DNA from: Selaginella moellendorffii
Lineage: Eukaryota > Plantae > Lycopodiophyta
DNA: 64,000 nucleotides
Reading direction: 5' to 3'
Assembly (NCBI RefSeq): GCF_000143415.4
Contig: NW_003314440.1
Coordinates: 78,895-142,894 of the forward strand
In this document: one piece after another, positions 62,674 through 64,000 of the stretch
Layout: every line of letters begins with the position of its first letter
Numbering within the stretch: position 1 is the first letter of the stretch
Program-made: the position numbers and the translations under genes
The notes under the pieces: model-generated
Databases searched by the model: none
Told to the model about the DNA's origin: nothing
Seen by the model: the letters and a program-made list of their open reading frames with translations, nothing else

Positions 62674-63177
62674 AGGGAATATTCGGGAATATTCCATTCT
62701 GACCGTTGACTCCGCGTTGACCGTGCGTTGACTCGAAAGGGAGGTGGCCTGGAGTGAGTTGGGACATACCTGGAGTCCATTGGCCAGATCCTGGGAGTCA
62801 TCGGTTACGTGGAGAGGGATGCAAACATATGCTTCCATGTCTTGCAAAGTGTGGTACAAGACGTGGCTAGGCTCGCGGAGGGAGCTTAGCTCTGACCAGG
62901 AACGAACCGAGGTTCGGGGAGTGTCTCCAGCACGTGATCACTCGGGGGAGTGTGTCTGCGGGGGCTTCATCCATCACCTGTTTAGGGTTTAGGATGTCCC
63001 CCAAGCCTAGCTGCGCACTGTGGAGTGTGTAAGGGAGCTTGAAGGCGAGGGGGGCCCGTCGACAGGCGTCGCTGGAGCGGCGCGAACGTGCAAGGAGAGC
63101 TTGATGTCGCTGGTCATAGGAGATGCCGGAGAAGCAGTGATGGAGGAAGGAGGTCGGGTATCCCCGGGCACGGAGGC
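62674..63177 (-). mobile_element. Young PLE fragment with a longer RT C-terminus
   Basis: LRARGYPTSFL...APLAFKLPYTLHSAQLGLGDILNPKQVMDEAP...SPNLGSFLVRAKLPPRA* (stop 62867-62869). Confidence 0.88.
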
Positions 63178-63261
63178 TTAGGGTTTAGGGTTTAGGGTTT
63201 AGGCGCGTTTAGGCGTTTAGGGTCAAAGACACCCCGCGGTGCTGCAATCCGGCGAGATCGC

Positions 63262-63874
63262 TGAACGTGTATGTACATTCCCCATGTCCCAATGGGACTA
63301 ATACAAAAAATGGGCATGCCGCCCTCTCACTGAGCTACTCTACGTGATCCTCATATGCCGCAGCTAGACCTAGTCCTGGAGTAGAAGTGGACGTGGTCGT
63401 CTCGAGCGAATCATGTTGATGTCCAAGTCTCCCCCACGAGCTGACCTTAGAACAGAGTCTGGGGGGCGCCATTGCCAGCGAATCTCGCCACCTCCCAATT
63501 TGCCGAAGCATGGGAGCCACCTAGATCTCCACTCCTCGAGCTGCCTCGGTTTCGCTCTCTCTTTCAGGATGGTGTAGTGGAGACGCACCGCTGCAAGAGT
63601 GAGTCTCCACCATGATGCCACCACTGTCGATATTCTCGCTTGTTGCCCATCAAAGCGACAGTGGTTCCGCGCCTCCCAAAGTGCCTGCAGTCCTGTTGCC
63701 CTCCAAATGGACCAGCGCTCTTGGCCCAACGCCTCCCAGATGGACATCCCAACTTCAGCCCCTGTCGCGTCCCACCGGACTCGCATGTTCCATCGGTGCC
63801 GTCCGTAGCAGCGAATACGCCTCCAAGCTGGACCAATGGCTGGGCCTCTAGCTCCCTCAAACCAGTGGAGGATA
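63262..63874 (-). mobile_element. Terminal LINE 3' fragment directly capped by the telomere
   Basis: Follows cap copy E (63223-63261); colinear with 52606-53218. Confidence 0.9.
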
Positions 63875-64000
63875 GGGGTTTAGGGTTTAGGGTTTAGGGT
63901 TTAGGGTTTAGGGTTTAGGGTTTAGGGTTTAGGGTTTAGGGTTTAGGGTTTAGGGTTTAGGGTTTAGGGTTTAGGGTTTAGGGTTTAGGGTTTAGGGTTT
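63875..64000 (+). repeat. Terminal telomere array (TTTAGGG)n
   Basis: Perfect Arabidopsis-type repeats to the end of the window. Confidence 0.97.

Overview
Plant (land-plant) nuclear DNA that ends in a true TTTAGGG telomere. The very compact genes, ~50-nt introns, PLS-class PPR genes and telomeric Penelope-like elements suggest a Selaginella-type lycophyte (inference). 1-40.3 kb is gene-dense: HslV, pTAC14, DYW-PPR, GSK3, DeSI, RLF-like cytochrome b5, NDUFA12, ATG18, CYP72-clan P450, three more PPRs, EXORDIUM-like, APC1, PIFI, R2R3-MYB, HSF and MINDY DUB. 40.4-46.2 kb is decayed and AT-rich, followed by a coiled-coil gene. 47.9-64 kb is a layered subtelomere built from retroelement pieces separated by telomeric repeats. 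It contains: (1) an endonuclease-deficient Penelope-like element (PLE), with one old near-complete copy and three younger 3' fragments, carrying a type-I hammerhead ribozyme, a 3' hairpin and a templated variant-telomere tail; (2) an L1/Tx1-like LINE that is found at one exact site only, the 17-bp loop region of that PLE hairpin (apparent 17-bp target-site duplication), i.e. a candidate site-specific parasite of a telomeric retroelement; (3) an inverted block that looks like a telomere fusion later broken and healed; (4) a solo LTR nested in the LINE. Exon boundaries were read by eye and outer gene coordinates are approximate.
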